Positions 10,901 to 19,796 of a stretch of DNA of 41,347 bases are shown piece by piece (within the stretch, counting starts at the first letter, position 1; the number at the start of each line of letters is the position of its first letter). The notes below the pieces were generated by a model, which saw only the letters and a program-made list of their open reading frames with translations, did no database searches and was not told the DNA's origin. A program made the position numbers and the translations under genes. Origin of the DNA: a virus (lineage: Duplodnaviria; Heunggongvirae; Uroviricota; Caudoviricetes); IMG/VR virus record IMGVR_UViG_3300025889_000082, positions 1-41,347 of that record. One strand, 5' to 3'.

Positions 10901-13552
10901 CTTGCTAAGTTAAACAGACAAGCTAGAACTAATGCCAATGCTGAGTCTTTAGAGGAAATCAAAGAGTTGATGGATATTAGAGAGAGGTTTGTTAAGAGAG
11001 GTGGAGACATTAGACAGACTATTAAAAAGATCTATCAAAAGGATGATAAAGGACAATGGATAAACAGACTTGTATATAAGTTTGATAAGAAGTTCTTTGA
11101 AGAAGTTGATGCTAGAGCTGCAGCTGGAGGAGATATGACTTGGCTTAGAAATAACATTGATGTTGATGCCTATAAGAAAGAAGCAGATGCTGTTCTAGAA
11201 AAGAATCTTAAACGTATAAATGAGCAGTTTCCTGGTGATAGTCCAGAAATTGTAGAGAAAAGAGAAAAGGCAATTACACAAGAAAGTCGCAAGTATGATA
11301 TTACTAGAAAAGACTTTAATGGTTGGAACAATTATATTATTAAAAGACATCCTATAAGTAAATGGGAATCTGCTGATTATAAGGATATTAAGAATGATCC
11401 AGACTTACTAGCATTATATAATTACGTTAGTAAGATTAATAAAAAGGCTAACCAAGAAGGATTTATTCAAAACTCTGTATCATCATTCTTCTTGCCATTT
11501 GTTAGAAAGACAATGGCAGAAAGTCTTGTTTGGGATGGTAAGTTATCTGTAATGGATAATTTCTATCAAAGCTTAAAGATTAATCCAGATGATGTAGGAT
11601 ATGGTAAGTTTGATGAAATCACTGGTAAGATGGAGAACTCCATTCCTAAGTATTACACATATGACTTTACCAATAAAGATGGTGTGAATGATTATTCTGA
11701 GGTGAGTGAAGACTTATTTAAGAACATGATCTTATACATCCAACAGGTTAATAAGTATAAATACCTAACAGAAGTAGAAGAACAAGTTAAATTCTTACGT
11801 ACTATTGAGGAGTTCAAGAATGCACATCTTGCTGTAGACAGAGTTAGTAATATTGTGATGGATGATGATGGTGAGCCTAAAGTGATGACAGGTAATGATG
11901 AGAACATCAAAATGTTAGATGACTTTACAAGAGCTGTATTCTATGAACAAAAGTATGTATTGTCAGATACTGACACTCCACTATACTTTGGTAAGGTGGT
12001 AAATGGTATGAAAGGAGTGTTTAATTCTATAGTGGGAAGAGAGGTGTTTAAACCTAATGAGCAAGTAACAGCAACATCTATGATTAAAACCATGGATGCT
12101 ATGAACAGAGGATTTCAAATTAAAACATTAGGTCTTGAGTTCTTATCAGGAGCTGTGAACGCATTTGGTACTAACATTCAGATGGCTGCCCAAGCAGGAG
12201 AATACTTCAAAGCAAGAGAGTTTGCTAAGAATGAAGCAAAGCTTTTATTACAGAATATAGAAGATAAACAAAAGTTTGTTGAGTTAATCAATACATTCTT
12301 ACCTCTTTCAGAAGATCCTTCTTATGAAATGTTTAAGAAAGCAGGTTTAACTACATTAACTCAGAATAACTTAGGTGACATGTTGATGATATTTATGAAA
12401 TATCCTGAACAACATGCAGAAAAGACAACCTTCCTTACCTTGTTAGAAAACACAATGGTAGTAGATGGTAAGATTGTAAGCATACCTAAGTATGTAAAAA
12501 ACAAATACAAAGATCGTAACTCTAGTCAAGCTAGATATAGAGAGACTAAACCTTTGATAGAGAAGGAGATAGAGGAATTGAAGAAAGACAAATCTATTGC
12601 TGCTACATCAAAAATGGAAGATGGCAAGTTAGTTATCCCTGGTTTAGATTTAAGCAATAAAAAAGAGCTACAAAGATTAGGACTTCTAAGCAAACGCTTA
12701 TCTGAGGCTGCAACTGGTAATGTTAGTAAAGAGAATATGAACAGAATGGGGATGTCTATCTGGACAGCTAGCATGATGGTATTCAAGAGATGGATTCCTA
12801 AGCTTGCAGACACACGTTTCTCTGAGTTCAGAAAGGTAGCTAATGACTTCTCTGTAGAGTTTGGAGAAGAGGGTATCCATGGAGAGAGCTATGATATTGG
12901 TAGAATACGTCTACTAGGTTCTGTATTAGGAAGATCTATCATGGAACGTAGTAACTATATCAAGGATATTCTTGTTATGAATGATGCAGGTATTGCAGAA
13001 CTTGATAGAATGTACTATGAATATGCTCAAGAATATAAGAAAAGAACTGGTGAAGAGATGACTATGACCAAGGATGATTTCATTGACATGGTTAGAAACA
13101 ACTTACGTAACCAGCTTAAGGAATTAGCAATCTTGTTATCTTTACTTGGTGCAATGCTTGCTCTTGGTATTATGGCTCCTGATGATGATGAGGGAGATAG
13201 AGCTTCTAGAAACTTCCACAGATATGCACAAAAGACAGTTGATAAGTTTGTGGGTGAACTTTCCTTCTTCTATAACCCAGCTGAGGTGCAAAGATTGGCT
13301 AGTGGTAGTATCTTCCCAGCAATTGGAGTTTTAGATGATGTAAGCAAGTTCACAAAACACTTCTTTATAGAAACAACAGGTATGGACTTTGATCCAAGCA
13401 CCACAGAAGAAGAAGCTAGAAAGAAAGCAAGACCTATCAAATACTTAATGAAAGCAGCTCCTGTAACTAAATCTATATTGACTTATGGAGCAATATTTAG
13501 CCCTGAGTTTGCTAAAGAATTTGATATTACTATCCAAAAACAAAATAGATAG
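7991..13552 (+). CDS. Large polyvalent virion cargo/ejection protein (ART-PolyVal-like, degenerate zincin, PD-(D/E)xK nuclease-like, C-terminal TM helix)
   Basis: 1853 aa directly after the vRNAP. Motifs: FKNWFGNWE...VDANGEPLIVYHG...ELRIFNPNQVKS; EEMVH (9017-9031); AGTIDFLAIEPDGKTHILDWK...QLGTY; hydrophobic LAILLSLLGAMLALGIMA near the C-terminus. Confidence 0.75.
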   Translation: MAECQVFRNDDGVIERVEAPNGQPSTLYKTLQDLVKDKEQALRLWAQVYTDSFKNWFGNWEKGQGSKTVDANGEPLIVYHGGGDLTGKTINVPFHVAPSMEEAAIWASRPGKTYGGGLFSRKDLLELNYNGVKDSSGKQIKTTFVRDPKTKEYTPSVERAIEILDEYEKFTLTPLFISTQNNWEETELNGKELKELRIFNPNQVKSVLNEGSFAIDKGGYDNTQVRTEAIPSGGNVVERKMARKSELEGRGAFNVQFIEGGIKYSFDPTNIYFQDKEMESSTASAQTIAKIKEVLNKMGVSIEELYSYAKKNNIDVKGKSGLADLTRGVIAIADQQEGQALTEEMVHIATAMIEQTNPALITQMISKIDRFKIYKETFEAYKDTYTLPNGKPDIRRIKKEAVDKLIAELIVNQMENTDQFPELREEVNQSFVRNLWNTILDFIKGMYTKANIDIFTEVASQIGSGDISGDIADMKQGGIFFQLSDAQKKIVDSLDQTKNTITKVYEDQEKVDPILLDSEEASNYYQAQKPDGTTERVLKRVTDRVKAWYKKKFPGKIFTKQEKEFNELKRKFGVKGHQDLEDIHHRYYNEDGTRRVKPIDAPSTFNLDTKQMYQLLENYYVKLIDSFDKDTIIRAEVIIYNSKDKEAGTIDFLAIEPDGKTHILDWKFLQFAEGSEDVAFFKQGAYDIQLGTYKDILRNYYGVKSFGMTRAIPIMMKMEMENKPDGTSENVIKGIAIGSVDPKQITDLRLLPVSEKTESTGYQKLDKYLAKLNSLYERISSQPAEEEERQFKYARMRELKRAIRLAQGTGNIAELINVILTTRAKGEQLINTYDVSFKNRDANSEDSTNEELSEFAGELRNYIETAEIFDRVDAEIGDLIYSPEMEIDAKTDEDKKLLNELKTLRDNLKREGENIYKSKQELIDIAFKFADKHIGQRNLITGLTKPEAVTKGLASNFRGLEDLGQRSLNILAKLNRQARTNANAESLEEIKELMDIRERFVKRGGDIRQTIKKIYQKDDKGQWINRLVYKFDKKFFEEVDARAAAGGDMTWLRNNIDVDAYKKEADAVLEKNLKRINEQFPGDSPEIVEKREKAITQESRKYDITRKDFNGWNNYIIKRHPISKWESADYKDIKNDPDLLALYNYVSKINKKANQEGFIQNSVSSFFLPFVRKTMAESLVWDGKLSVMDNFYQSLKINPDDVGYGKFDEITGKMENSIPKYYTYDFTNKDGVNDYSEVSEDLFKNMILYIQQVNKYKYLTEVEEQVKFLRTIEEFKNAHLAVDRVSNIVMDDDGEPKVMTGNDENIKMLDDFTRAVFYEQKYVLSDTDTPLYFGKVVNGMKGVFNSIVGREVFKPNEQVTATSMIKTMDAMNRGFQIKTLGLEFLSGAVNAFGTNIQMAAQAGEYFKAREFAKNEAKLLLQNIEDKQKFVELINTFLPLSEDPSYEMFKKAGLTTLTQNNLGDMLMIFMKYPEQHAEKTTFLTLLENTMVVDGKIVSIPKYVKNKYKDRNSSQARYRETKPLIEKEIEELKKDKSIAATSKMEDGKLVIPGLDLSNKKELQRLGLLSKRLSEAATGNVSKENMNRMGMSIWTASMMVFKRWIPKLADTRFSEFRKVANDFSVEFGEEGIHGESYDIGRIRLLGSVLGRSIMERSNYIKDILVMNDAGIAELDRMYYEYAQEYKKRTGEEMTMTKDDFIDMVRNNLRNQLKELAILLSLLGAMLALGIMAPDDDEGDRASRNFHRYAQKTVDKFVGELSFFYNPAEVQRLASGSIFPAIGVLDDVSKFTKHFFIETTGMDFDPSTTEEEARKKARPIKYLMKAAPVTKSILTYGAIFSPEFAKEFDITIQKQNR

Positions 13553-13585
13553 TTATTGCTATATTATGTAGGAATCCTTTTCCTA

Positions 13586-13619
13586 ACTCATTGAAACTAA
13601 ATTAAATTTGCTATTTTTG
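13586..13619 (+). promoter_or_regulatory. Putative Bacteroidota-type promoter variant ACTCATTG-N18-TATTTTTG upstream of the long fibre gene
   Basis: TAnnTTTG element at 13612-13619 in a 143-bp intergenic gap. The upstream octamer is shared with 36514-36521. Confidence 0.5.
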
Positions 13620-13624
13620 CGTAT

Positions 13625-13657
13625 ATAGGTGTACCTTTTGCTAGAGTGTACACCTAT
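13625..13657 (+). promoter_or_regulatory. Stem-loop (10-bp perfect stem), either a terminator for the cargo genes or a 5' leader structure
   Basis: ATAGGTGTAC (13625-34) and GTACACCTAT (13648-57) are exact reverse complements, followed by a T/A-rich run. Confidence 0.55.
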
Positions 13658-13695
13658 TTGTATATCAATTACTTATACATTATTTTTATTAATAT

Positions 13696-16600
13696 ATGGA
13701 TCCAATTTGCTCTACTGAACCTTGTCCAGTCATACTGAATTCTACCTGCGTATTCTATGAAGGTGCTAATTTGTTGTACACTGGTATCAATACTAATGAC
13801 AGCATCCAAACTGCTCTACAAAAAATAGATGCTAAGTTTCAGGAAGCTGCAATTGGATATTTATTTAATAATGGTGTCTATCAGTCTGGACCAGGATTAC
13901 CTGTAGGACTTGGTGGCACTATGGATCATGACACTATTATTACAGCTGCAGGATTTGATTTAACATATACAGGAGATGTATATGCAGCTAAACATATTAC
14001 AATTGGTGGTACCTCTTCTGATTTTGTTAAGGGAGATGGTAGCTTAGATAGTACAGCATACCAACCAGCAGGTGCTTATATCACAGCACTTACAGGAGAT
14101 GGAACTGCTTCAGGACCTGGTTCTGCATTGTTTACATTAGCAACAGTTAACCCTGCTCCTGCTACCTATGGTTCTGCTACACAAGTTCCTAGATTTACAG
14201 TGGATGGAAAAGGACGTGTTACAAGTGTTACTCCTGTAACAATTGCTGTTCCTTCTGCATCTTTATCTTTTATAGGAGATGTAACAGGTATTGGAACAAC
14301 AGGTTCTCCTGTGACGTTGACATTGGCTACAGTGAACAATGATGTATATGGAAGTAATACTTTCTTAAAGTTTGCTGTGAATGCTAAAGGATTGGTTACA
14401 TCAGCCACTCCTGTTACACATCTTGATATTGAATCTGTGCTTGGATACATACCTGTTCCTAGCACTAGAACATTAACAATCAATGGTGTTGCCTATTCAT
14501 TATCTGCAAATAGAACATGGTCAGTAGGTACCTTGATTTCTGTGGCATTAACAATGCCTCCAGCATTCACTGTACTCACATCTGCAACAGGAACAAATGG
14601 TACAATCAATGTCATAGCTAATGGTTCAGCCTCTCAATATATAAGAGGTGATGGTACTCTTGGTAGCTATTTTGGTACAGCAGGTACATCAGGCTCCAGT
14701 GGTACATCAGGTATATCTGGAGACAAATATAGAACAACATCCACTACACCTTTTACATTAGGTAATAGTGGTACGTTGATTGTAGCAACACAGCTAGGAT
14801 ATAGTGTAGCTCAATCCATCATAGTAGTGTATGATCTTAACAACTTCCAAGAGTGTGAGGTGGTTGCTTATGACTTTAACACTGGTTTATTAGAATTTGC
14901 ATTTCCTACAAGAACTGTAGGAAGTGGTACATATAGTGATTGGACAGTAAACTTAGATGGTGCTAGTGGTGGTAATGGAACTTCTGGAACCTCTGGTTCT
15001 AGTGGTACTACAGGATCTAGTGGCTCTAGTGGAACTGCTGGTACATCTGGCTCTGCTGGTACATCAGGTAGCAGTGGTAGTAGTGGTGTAAGTGGAACCT
15101 TTGGTACATCAGGAACTGATGGTAGCTCTGGCACTTCTGGTTCTTCTGGAACAACTGGTACATCTGGTTCTAGTGGATCTTCAGGTACAAATGGTTCTTC
15201 TGGAACCTCTGGAACATCTGCAAGCTCTGGTAGTTCAGGCACCACTGGTACATCTGGTACTAGTGCAAGCTCTGGTACTTCTGGATCTTCTGGATCTTCT
15301 GGTACAAGTGGAACTAATGGTACGTCTGGTACAGCTGGAACATCAGGGTCATCTGGAACAAGTGGAACAAATGGTAGCTCTGGAACCAGTGGTACATCAG
15401 CTACATCTGGCTCTTCTGGCTCTAGTGGTACATCTGGCTCTAGTGGTACGTCTGGATCAAGTGGTACAAGTGGATCAGCAGGAACAAGTGCTACCTCTGG
15501 AACTTCTGGATCTAGTGGTACGTCTGCTACAAGTGGAAGTTCTGGTAGCTCAGGTACAAGTGGTACGTCTGGTTCATCAGGAACAAGTGCAACAGCAGGT
15601 TCTAGTGGAACCTCTGCAACTAGTGGATCTTCTGGCACTTCTGCTTCTTCAGGCACAAGTGGGTCTTCTGGAACTAGTGGAACAAGTGGAAGTAGTGGTA
15701 CATCAGCAACAAGTGGTACTTCAGGATCATCTGGATCATCTGGAACAAATGGTTCTAGTGGAACAAGTGCTTCCTCAGGTACATCTGGTAGCTCTGCTAC
15801 ATCAGGTACATCTGCTACAAGTGGTTCGTCAGGATCTAGTGGAACCTCTGGTACATCTGGAAGTTCTGGAACGTCAGCTTCAAGTGGTTCTAGTGGAACA
15901 AGTGGAACGTCAGGTTCAAGTGGTACATCAGGTACTAATGGAAGTTCTGGTACAAGTGCTACATCAGGCTCATCAGGTACAAGTGCAACCAGTGGCTCTT
16001 CAGGTACTAGTGGTACAAAGGGTACGTCTGGAACTAGTGGGACAAGTGGAAGCAGTGGATCAAGTGGAACTTCTGCAACTTCAGGATCAAGTGGAACCAG
16101 TGGTACTAATGGATCAAGTGGCACAGCAGGTACATCTGGTACGTCTGCAAGTAGTGGTACTTCAGGTAGTTCTGGCACATCTGGTACAGCAGGAAGCTCT
16201 GGTGTAAGTGGTGTGGCTGGTGGTCTTGTATACTACATGAACTTGTCTACTAATACCAATAGTGCATTTGGTACACCTACATACAAGGAGTGGAGTCCTA
16301 TTGCATCAGGTGCTGCACAACAGACAACTAATATTACATTAGGTGCTTCTGCTAGTGGTACTATTGCAACATTTGCTACAGATAGTGGTGTTCCAGGAGC
16401 AACTGTATTAGAAGCAGGTAACTGGGCTTGGACATTGCACTTCTTATCTAGTGCTGATTCAACATGGGATATAGACGTACATTTATATAAATATACAACA
16501 GGTGGTGTTTCTACAATGTTAGGAAACACAAACAATGTTGTTACAACAATTAGTGGAACTGTAGTAACACAAATCTACATTGACACATTCATTGCATCAC

Positions 16601-19344
16601 AGTCATTGAATTCAACAGATAGACTGTATTGCCAAGTGAACGTAATAAATAATGATAGCGTAAGCAGAACATTAACTCTCTATACAGAAGGAACAAGTTA
16701 TTATTCTTACGCACAAACCACATTCAATCCTCCTAGTGGTACCTCTGGTACATCTGGAGCTAATGGTTCTTCAGGCACCTCTGGAACGTCAGGGTCTTCA
16801 GGTACATCAGCTACCAGTGGTACGTCTGGTTCAAGTGGATCAAGTGGTACAAGTGGAACTAAGGGTACCTCTGGTACATCAGGCACAAGTGGAAGTTCTG
16901 GCACTAGTGGAACGAGTGGTTCTTCTGGTACCAGTGGCTCTAGTGGTACTAGTGGGTCAAGTGGAACAAGTGCTACAAGTGGATCAAGTGGTACATCAGC
17001 AACCTCTGGTTCATCTGGTTCTTCTGGAACATCTGGCACATCAGGATCTTCAGGAACTTCTGCTTCTAGTGGAAGCTCTGGTACGTCTGGCACATCTGGA
17101 TCTAGTGGCACAAGTGCTACTAGTGGATCTAGTGGAACTAGTGGAAGCTCTGGAACAAGTGGGTCTAGTGGCACATCAGCTACATCTGGGTCTTCAGGTA
17201 CAAGTGGAACAAAAGGAACAAGTGGTACAAGTGGTACCAATGGTTCTTCAGGTACAAGTGGTACGTCTGGGTCTTCTGGTACAGCAGGTACAAGTGGTAG
17301 CTCTGGTTCTAGTGGAACATCTGGTTCTAGTGGTACAAGTGCAACATCAGGATCTTCTGGGTCTAGTGGTACTAGTGGCACGAGTGGAAGTAGTGGAACA
17401 TCAGGAACTGATGGAAGCTCAGGTAGTAGTGGTACAAGTGGTTCATCTGGTACATCAGCAACATCAGGCACTTCTGGTTCATCAGGTACTTCAGGTACTA
17501 AGGGGACATCAGGTACATCAGGAGCAAATGGTTCCAGTGGTACTAGTGGTACTAAGGGCACATCTGGAACTAGTGGAACTTCTGGTTCATCAGGAACATC
17601 AGCTACAAGTGGTTCCTCTGGAACATCTGGTACAGATGGTAGTTCTGGGTCTTCTGGAACAAGTGGTACAGATGGTAGTTCTGGTTCAAGTGGTACATCT
17701 GGTACTGATGGTAGCTCAGGTTCATCAGGAACATCTGGAACTTCTGGTTCTTCAGGAACAAGTGGTACTAAAGGAACATCAGGAACTTCTGGAGCTAATG
17801 GTTCTAGTGGTACTTCAGGAACAAAAGGTACATCTGGAACTTCTGGAACTTCAGGCTCTAGTGGAACTGCTGGTACTAGTGGTAGTTCTGGTACAAGTGC
17901 AGCTAATGGAACTTCTGGAACTTCAGGAACTGATGGATCTTCTGGAACTAGTGGTATAAACGCAACTGCAGGAACTAGTGGTGTAAGTGGTTCTAGTGGT
18001 ACTAGTGCTACAGCTGGAACAAGTGGTACCAATGGATCTAGTGGAACTTCTGGTGCCAATGGTGCTGCAGGTAGCAGTGGTACTTCTGGTACGTCAGGAG
18101 CAAATGGTGCTGCTGGGTCTAGTGGTACTAGTGGAACAAAGGGAACATCAGGAACATCTGGAGCTAATGGAGCTGCTGGTTCTTCAGGAACTAGTGGTAC
18201 TAAGGGTACAAGTGGTACAGCAGGAGCCAATGGTGCTAATGGATCTAGTGGAACGTCTGGTGCAGGTACAATCAGTGGTACTACAGGTTATATAGCCAAA
18301 TTTACTAATAGTACAACTGTTGGTAATAGTATTATAAGTGAAAGTGGTACTGTTATATCAGTCGCTGGAAGTTTAACTGCAACAGGTACTGTAACTGGAA
18401 ATGGTGTATCAATTGGTGCAAGTGATGTAAGGTCAAGTAGTAATGTTTTGACATTAGGTGGAACTTCAGAAGTTATTCGTATTGTTGGTTCTACTGGCTT
18501 TGTAGGTGTTGGTACTACTGCACCATCTTATCAATTAGATGTTCAAGTAAATAATGGTTCTTTCACATCAAGAATTAAAAACTTAAACACCACAACTGAT
18601 AACGCAGGTTTAATAGTTAGTGCTGGTGTTAATGCAGGTAATGAAATTATTTTACTTGAGAATGCTGCTGGTACTGATAGATTTACTGTATTTGCAAATG
18701 GGCAGGTGACAATGGTTGGAGCAAACACTACAACTGTTCCTATACTTGGTATAACAGTGTCAGGTTCTGGTGCATTCCAAAGAGGTGTTAGAATGTTAAA
18801 TAGTGGTATGGGTGCTGGGGATAGTTTAATGTATGCAACTGGACAGTCTGATGGTTCTAAAAACATGGGTCAATTCTATTTCTATTATGCTGGTGCAGCA
18901 AGTAATAGTAATAGATTGTCAATGGGATTACATTCTGTTGATGATGTATTTAATATTTTTGGAAGTTCTAACGTAACCATAGGCACAACATCAGATGCAG
19001 GGTATAAACTATATGTTAGTGGCACTATCTACGCAACTGGAGATATCACAGCATCTTCTGATGCCAGATATAAAACAAACATCAGACCAATTGAGAATGC
19101 TTTAGAAAAGATAGTTAGCTCAAGAGGGGTGGTATATGACAGAGTGGATGAAGAGAGCTTTGACAACATTGGATTTATTGCTCAAGAATTGGAGGTGTAT
19201 TTCCCAGAACTAGTTTCTACAGATAACCAAGGATTCAAGGGAGTTAAATACCAAAATGCTGTAGCTGTTCTATTCGAGGGAATCAAAGAACAACAAAAAC
19301 AAATTGAAGAATTAAAAACTTTAATAGATGGCTTTACCAAGTAG
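13696..19344 (+). CDS. Long tail fibre/adhesin with Gly-X-Ser repeat shafts and C-terminal peptidase S74 intramolecular chaperone
   Basis: Cys-rich N-terminus; two GDxxG..TLATVN..YGS..VxxKGxVTS shaft repeats; two (GTS/GSS)n blocks; GFVGVGTTAP...LDV-type repeats; SDARYKTNI...GFIAQE...KYQ...LFEGIKEQQKQIEEL S74 signature. Confidence 0.88.
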   Translation: MDPICSTEPCPVILNSTCVFYEGANLLYTGINTNDSIQTALQKIDAKFQEAAIGYLFNNGVYQSGPGLPVGLGGTMDHDTIITAAGFDLTYTGDVYAAKHITIGGTSSDFVKGDGSLDSTAYQPAGAYITALTGDGTASGPGSALFTLATVNPAPATYGSATQVPRFTVDGKGRVTSVTPVTIAVPSASLSFIGDVTGIGTTGSPVTLTLATVNNDVYGSNTFLKFAVNAKGLVTSATPVTHLDIESVLGYIPVPSTRTLTINGVAYSLSANRTWSVGTLISVALTMPPAFTVLTSATGTNGTINVIANGSASQYIRGDGTLGSYFGTAGTSGSSGTSGISGDKYRTTSTTPFTLGNSGTLIVATQLGYSVAQSIIVVYDLNNFQECEVVAYDFNTGLLEFAFPTRTVGSGTYSDWTVNLDGASGGNGTSGTSGSSGTTGSSGSSGTAGTSGSAGTSGSSGSSGVSGTFGTSGTDGSSGTSGSSGTTGTSGSSGSSGTNGSSGTSGTSASSGSSGTTGTSGTSASSGTSGSSGSSGTSGTNGTSGTAGTSGSSGTSGTNGSSGTSGTSATSGSSGSSGTSGSSGTSGSSGTSGSAGTSATSGTSGSSGTSATSGSSGSSGTSGTSGSSGTSATAGSSGTSATSGSSGTSASSGTSGSSGTSGTSGSSGTSATSGTSGSSGSSGTNGSSGTSASSGTSGSSATSGTSATSGSSGSSGTSGTSGSSGTSASSGSSGTSGTSGSSGTSGTNGSSGTSATSGSSGTSATSGSSGTSGTKGTSGTSGTSGSSGSSGTSATSGSSGTSGTNGSSGTAGTSGTSASSGTSGSSGTSGTAGSSGVSGVAGGLVYYMNLSTNTNSAFGTPTYKEWSPIASGAAQQTTNITLGASASGTIATFATDSGVPGATVLEAGNWAWTLHFLSSADSTWDIDVHLYKYTTGGVSTMLGNTNNVVTTISGTVVTQIYIDTFIASQSLNSTDRLYCQVNVINNDSVSRTLTLYTEGTSYYSYAQTTFNPPSGTSGTSGANGSSGTSGTSGSSGTSATSGTSGSSGSSGTSGTKGTSGTSGTSGSSGTSGTSGSSGTSGSSGTSGSSGTSATSGSSGTSATSGSSGSSGTSGTSGSSGTSASSGSSGTSGTSGSSGTSATSGSSGTSGSSGTSGSSGTSATSGSSGTSGTKGTSGTSGTNGSSGTSGTSGSSGTAGTSGSSGSSGTSGSSGTSATSGSSGSSGTSGTSGSSGTSGTDGSSGSSGTSGSSGTSATSGTSGSSGTSGTKGTSGTSGANGSSGTSGTKGTSGTSGTSGSSGTSATSGSSGTSGTDGSSGSSGTSGTDGSSGSSGTSGTDGSSGSSGTSGTSGSSGTSGTKGTSGTSGANGSSGTSGTKGTSGTSGTSGSSGTAGTSGSSGTSAANGTSGTSGTDGSSGTSGINATAGTSGVSGSSGTSATAGTSGTNGSSGTSGANGAAGSSGTSGTSGANGAAGSSGTSGTKGTSGTSGANGAAGSSGTSGTKGTSGTAGANGANGSSGTSGAGTISGTTGYIAKFTNSTTVGNSIISESGTVISVAGSLTATGTVTGNGVSIGASDVRSSSNVLTLGGTSEVIRIVGSTGFVGVGTTAPSYQLDVQVNNGSFTSRIKNLNTTTDNAGLIVSAGVNAGNEIILLENAAGTDRFTVFANGQVTMVGANTTTVPILGITVSGSGAFQRGVRMLNSGMGAGDSLMYATGQSDGSKNMGQFYFYYAGAASNSNRLSMGLHSVDDVFNIFGSSNVTIGTTSDAGYKLYVSGTIYATGDITASSDARYKTNIRPIENALEKIVSSRGVVYDRVDEESFDNIGFIAQELEVYFPELVSTDNQGFKGVKYQNAVAVLFEGIKEQQKQIEELKTLIDGFTK
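14971..16221 (+). repeat. Coding triplet repeat block 1, (G-T/S-S)n, about 415 aa
   Basis: Gly at nearly every third residue (occasional Ala), X/Y almost only Ser/Thr, with heavily mixed synonymous codons. Confidence 0.95.
16738..18261 (+). repeat. Coding triplet repeat block 2, (G-T/S-S)n with GTK, GTD, GAN and GAA variants, about 505 aa
   Basis: Same periodicity, with higher-order units such as GTSGTDGSSGSS x3 (about 17620-17725) and GTSGANGAAGSS. Confidence 0.95.
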
Positions 19345-19780
19345 TGGACCATTAAGCTTTTCACAAATAGGAGCAGCACTGTGTACACCACAGTCTGCTC
19401 CTTACTCATTAAGATCAATGAGTTCTGCAGCTGGTTTTTCTACACCAGATTCTGTAAGTGAGTTCTATGGATATAGTTGTGATAGTTGTTCTATTTCAGG
19501 TACTAATGTAGCAAGTCCATCTGCTACTTATGTATCAGGTACTGTTTATATAACTGGAACTAAAACAGTTAGATTTTCTACATTTGGAGGTGCTTCTCCT
19601 GGTGCATTTACTAACTCATATTTAGTATTAACTGGTAGTGGAAACTATTCTCAAAATCCAACAAGAAACCAAACACAAACAACAGACATTACACTTACTA
19701 CTGGAACATATCCATTTACACTAGAACTACTTTCATATAGTGGAACTTCAGGTAATAACGCTTCAATAAATTGTTTATAA
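19328..19780 (+). CDS. Tail-fibre-associated protein
   Basis: Overlaps the fibre stop. MALPSSGPLSFSQI...SVSEFYG N-terminal module resembles small genes that commonly follow S74 fibres; the C-terminal part is beta-rich. Confidence 0.6.
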   Translation: MALPSSGPLSFSQIGAALCTPQSAPYSLRSMSSAAGFSTPDSVSEFYGYSCDSCSISGTNVASPSATYVSGTVYITGTKTVRFSTFGGASPGAFTNSYLVLTGSGNYSQNPTRNQTQTTDITLTTGTYPFTLELLSYSGTSGNNASINCL

Positions 19781-19796
19781 AACTTAAAATAAAAAT

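Noticed and set aside
322-13334. Short minus-strand and alternate-frame ORFs inside the two giant genes
   Set aside because: Fully nested in strongly supported CDSs, with no motifs or start context.
2-13552. Inteins or group I introns in the RNAP/cargo genes
   Set aside because: No interruptions, and no recognisable intein ends or homing endonuclease motifs.
14971-18261. Possible CRISPR array or ice-nucleation protein
   Set aside because: No fixed DNA repeat with unique spacers; it is an in-frame coding repeat. It lacks the 16-residue AGYGSTxT periodicity of InaZ-type proteins.
14868-18295. Long antisense (VP/EP-rich) and alternate-frame (LV/QV-rich) ORFs over the fibre repeats
   Set aside because: Shadow frames of the Gly-Ser-Thr codon repeats, which are stop-poor in other frames; no independent start signals.
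13696-19344. Diversity-generating retroelement targeting the fibre
   Set aside because: No reverse transcriptase and no template/variable repeat pair differing at adenines in this window.
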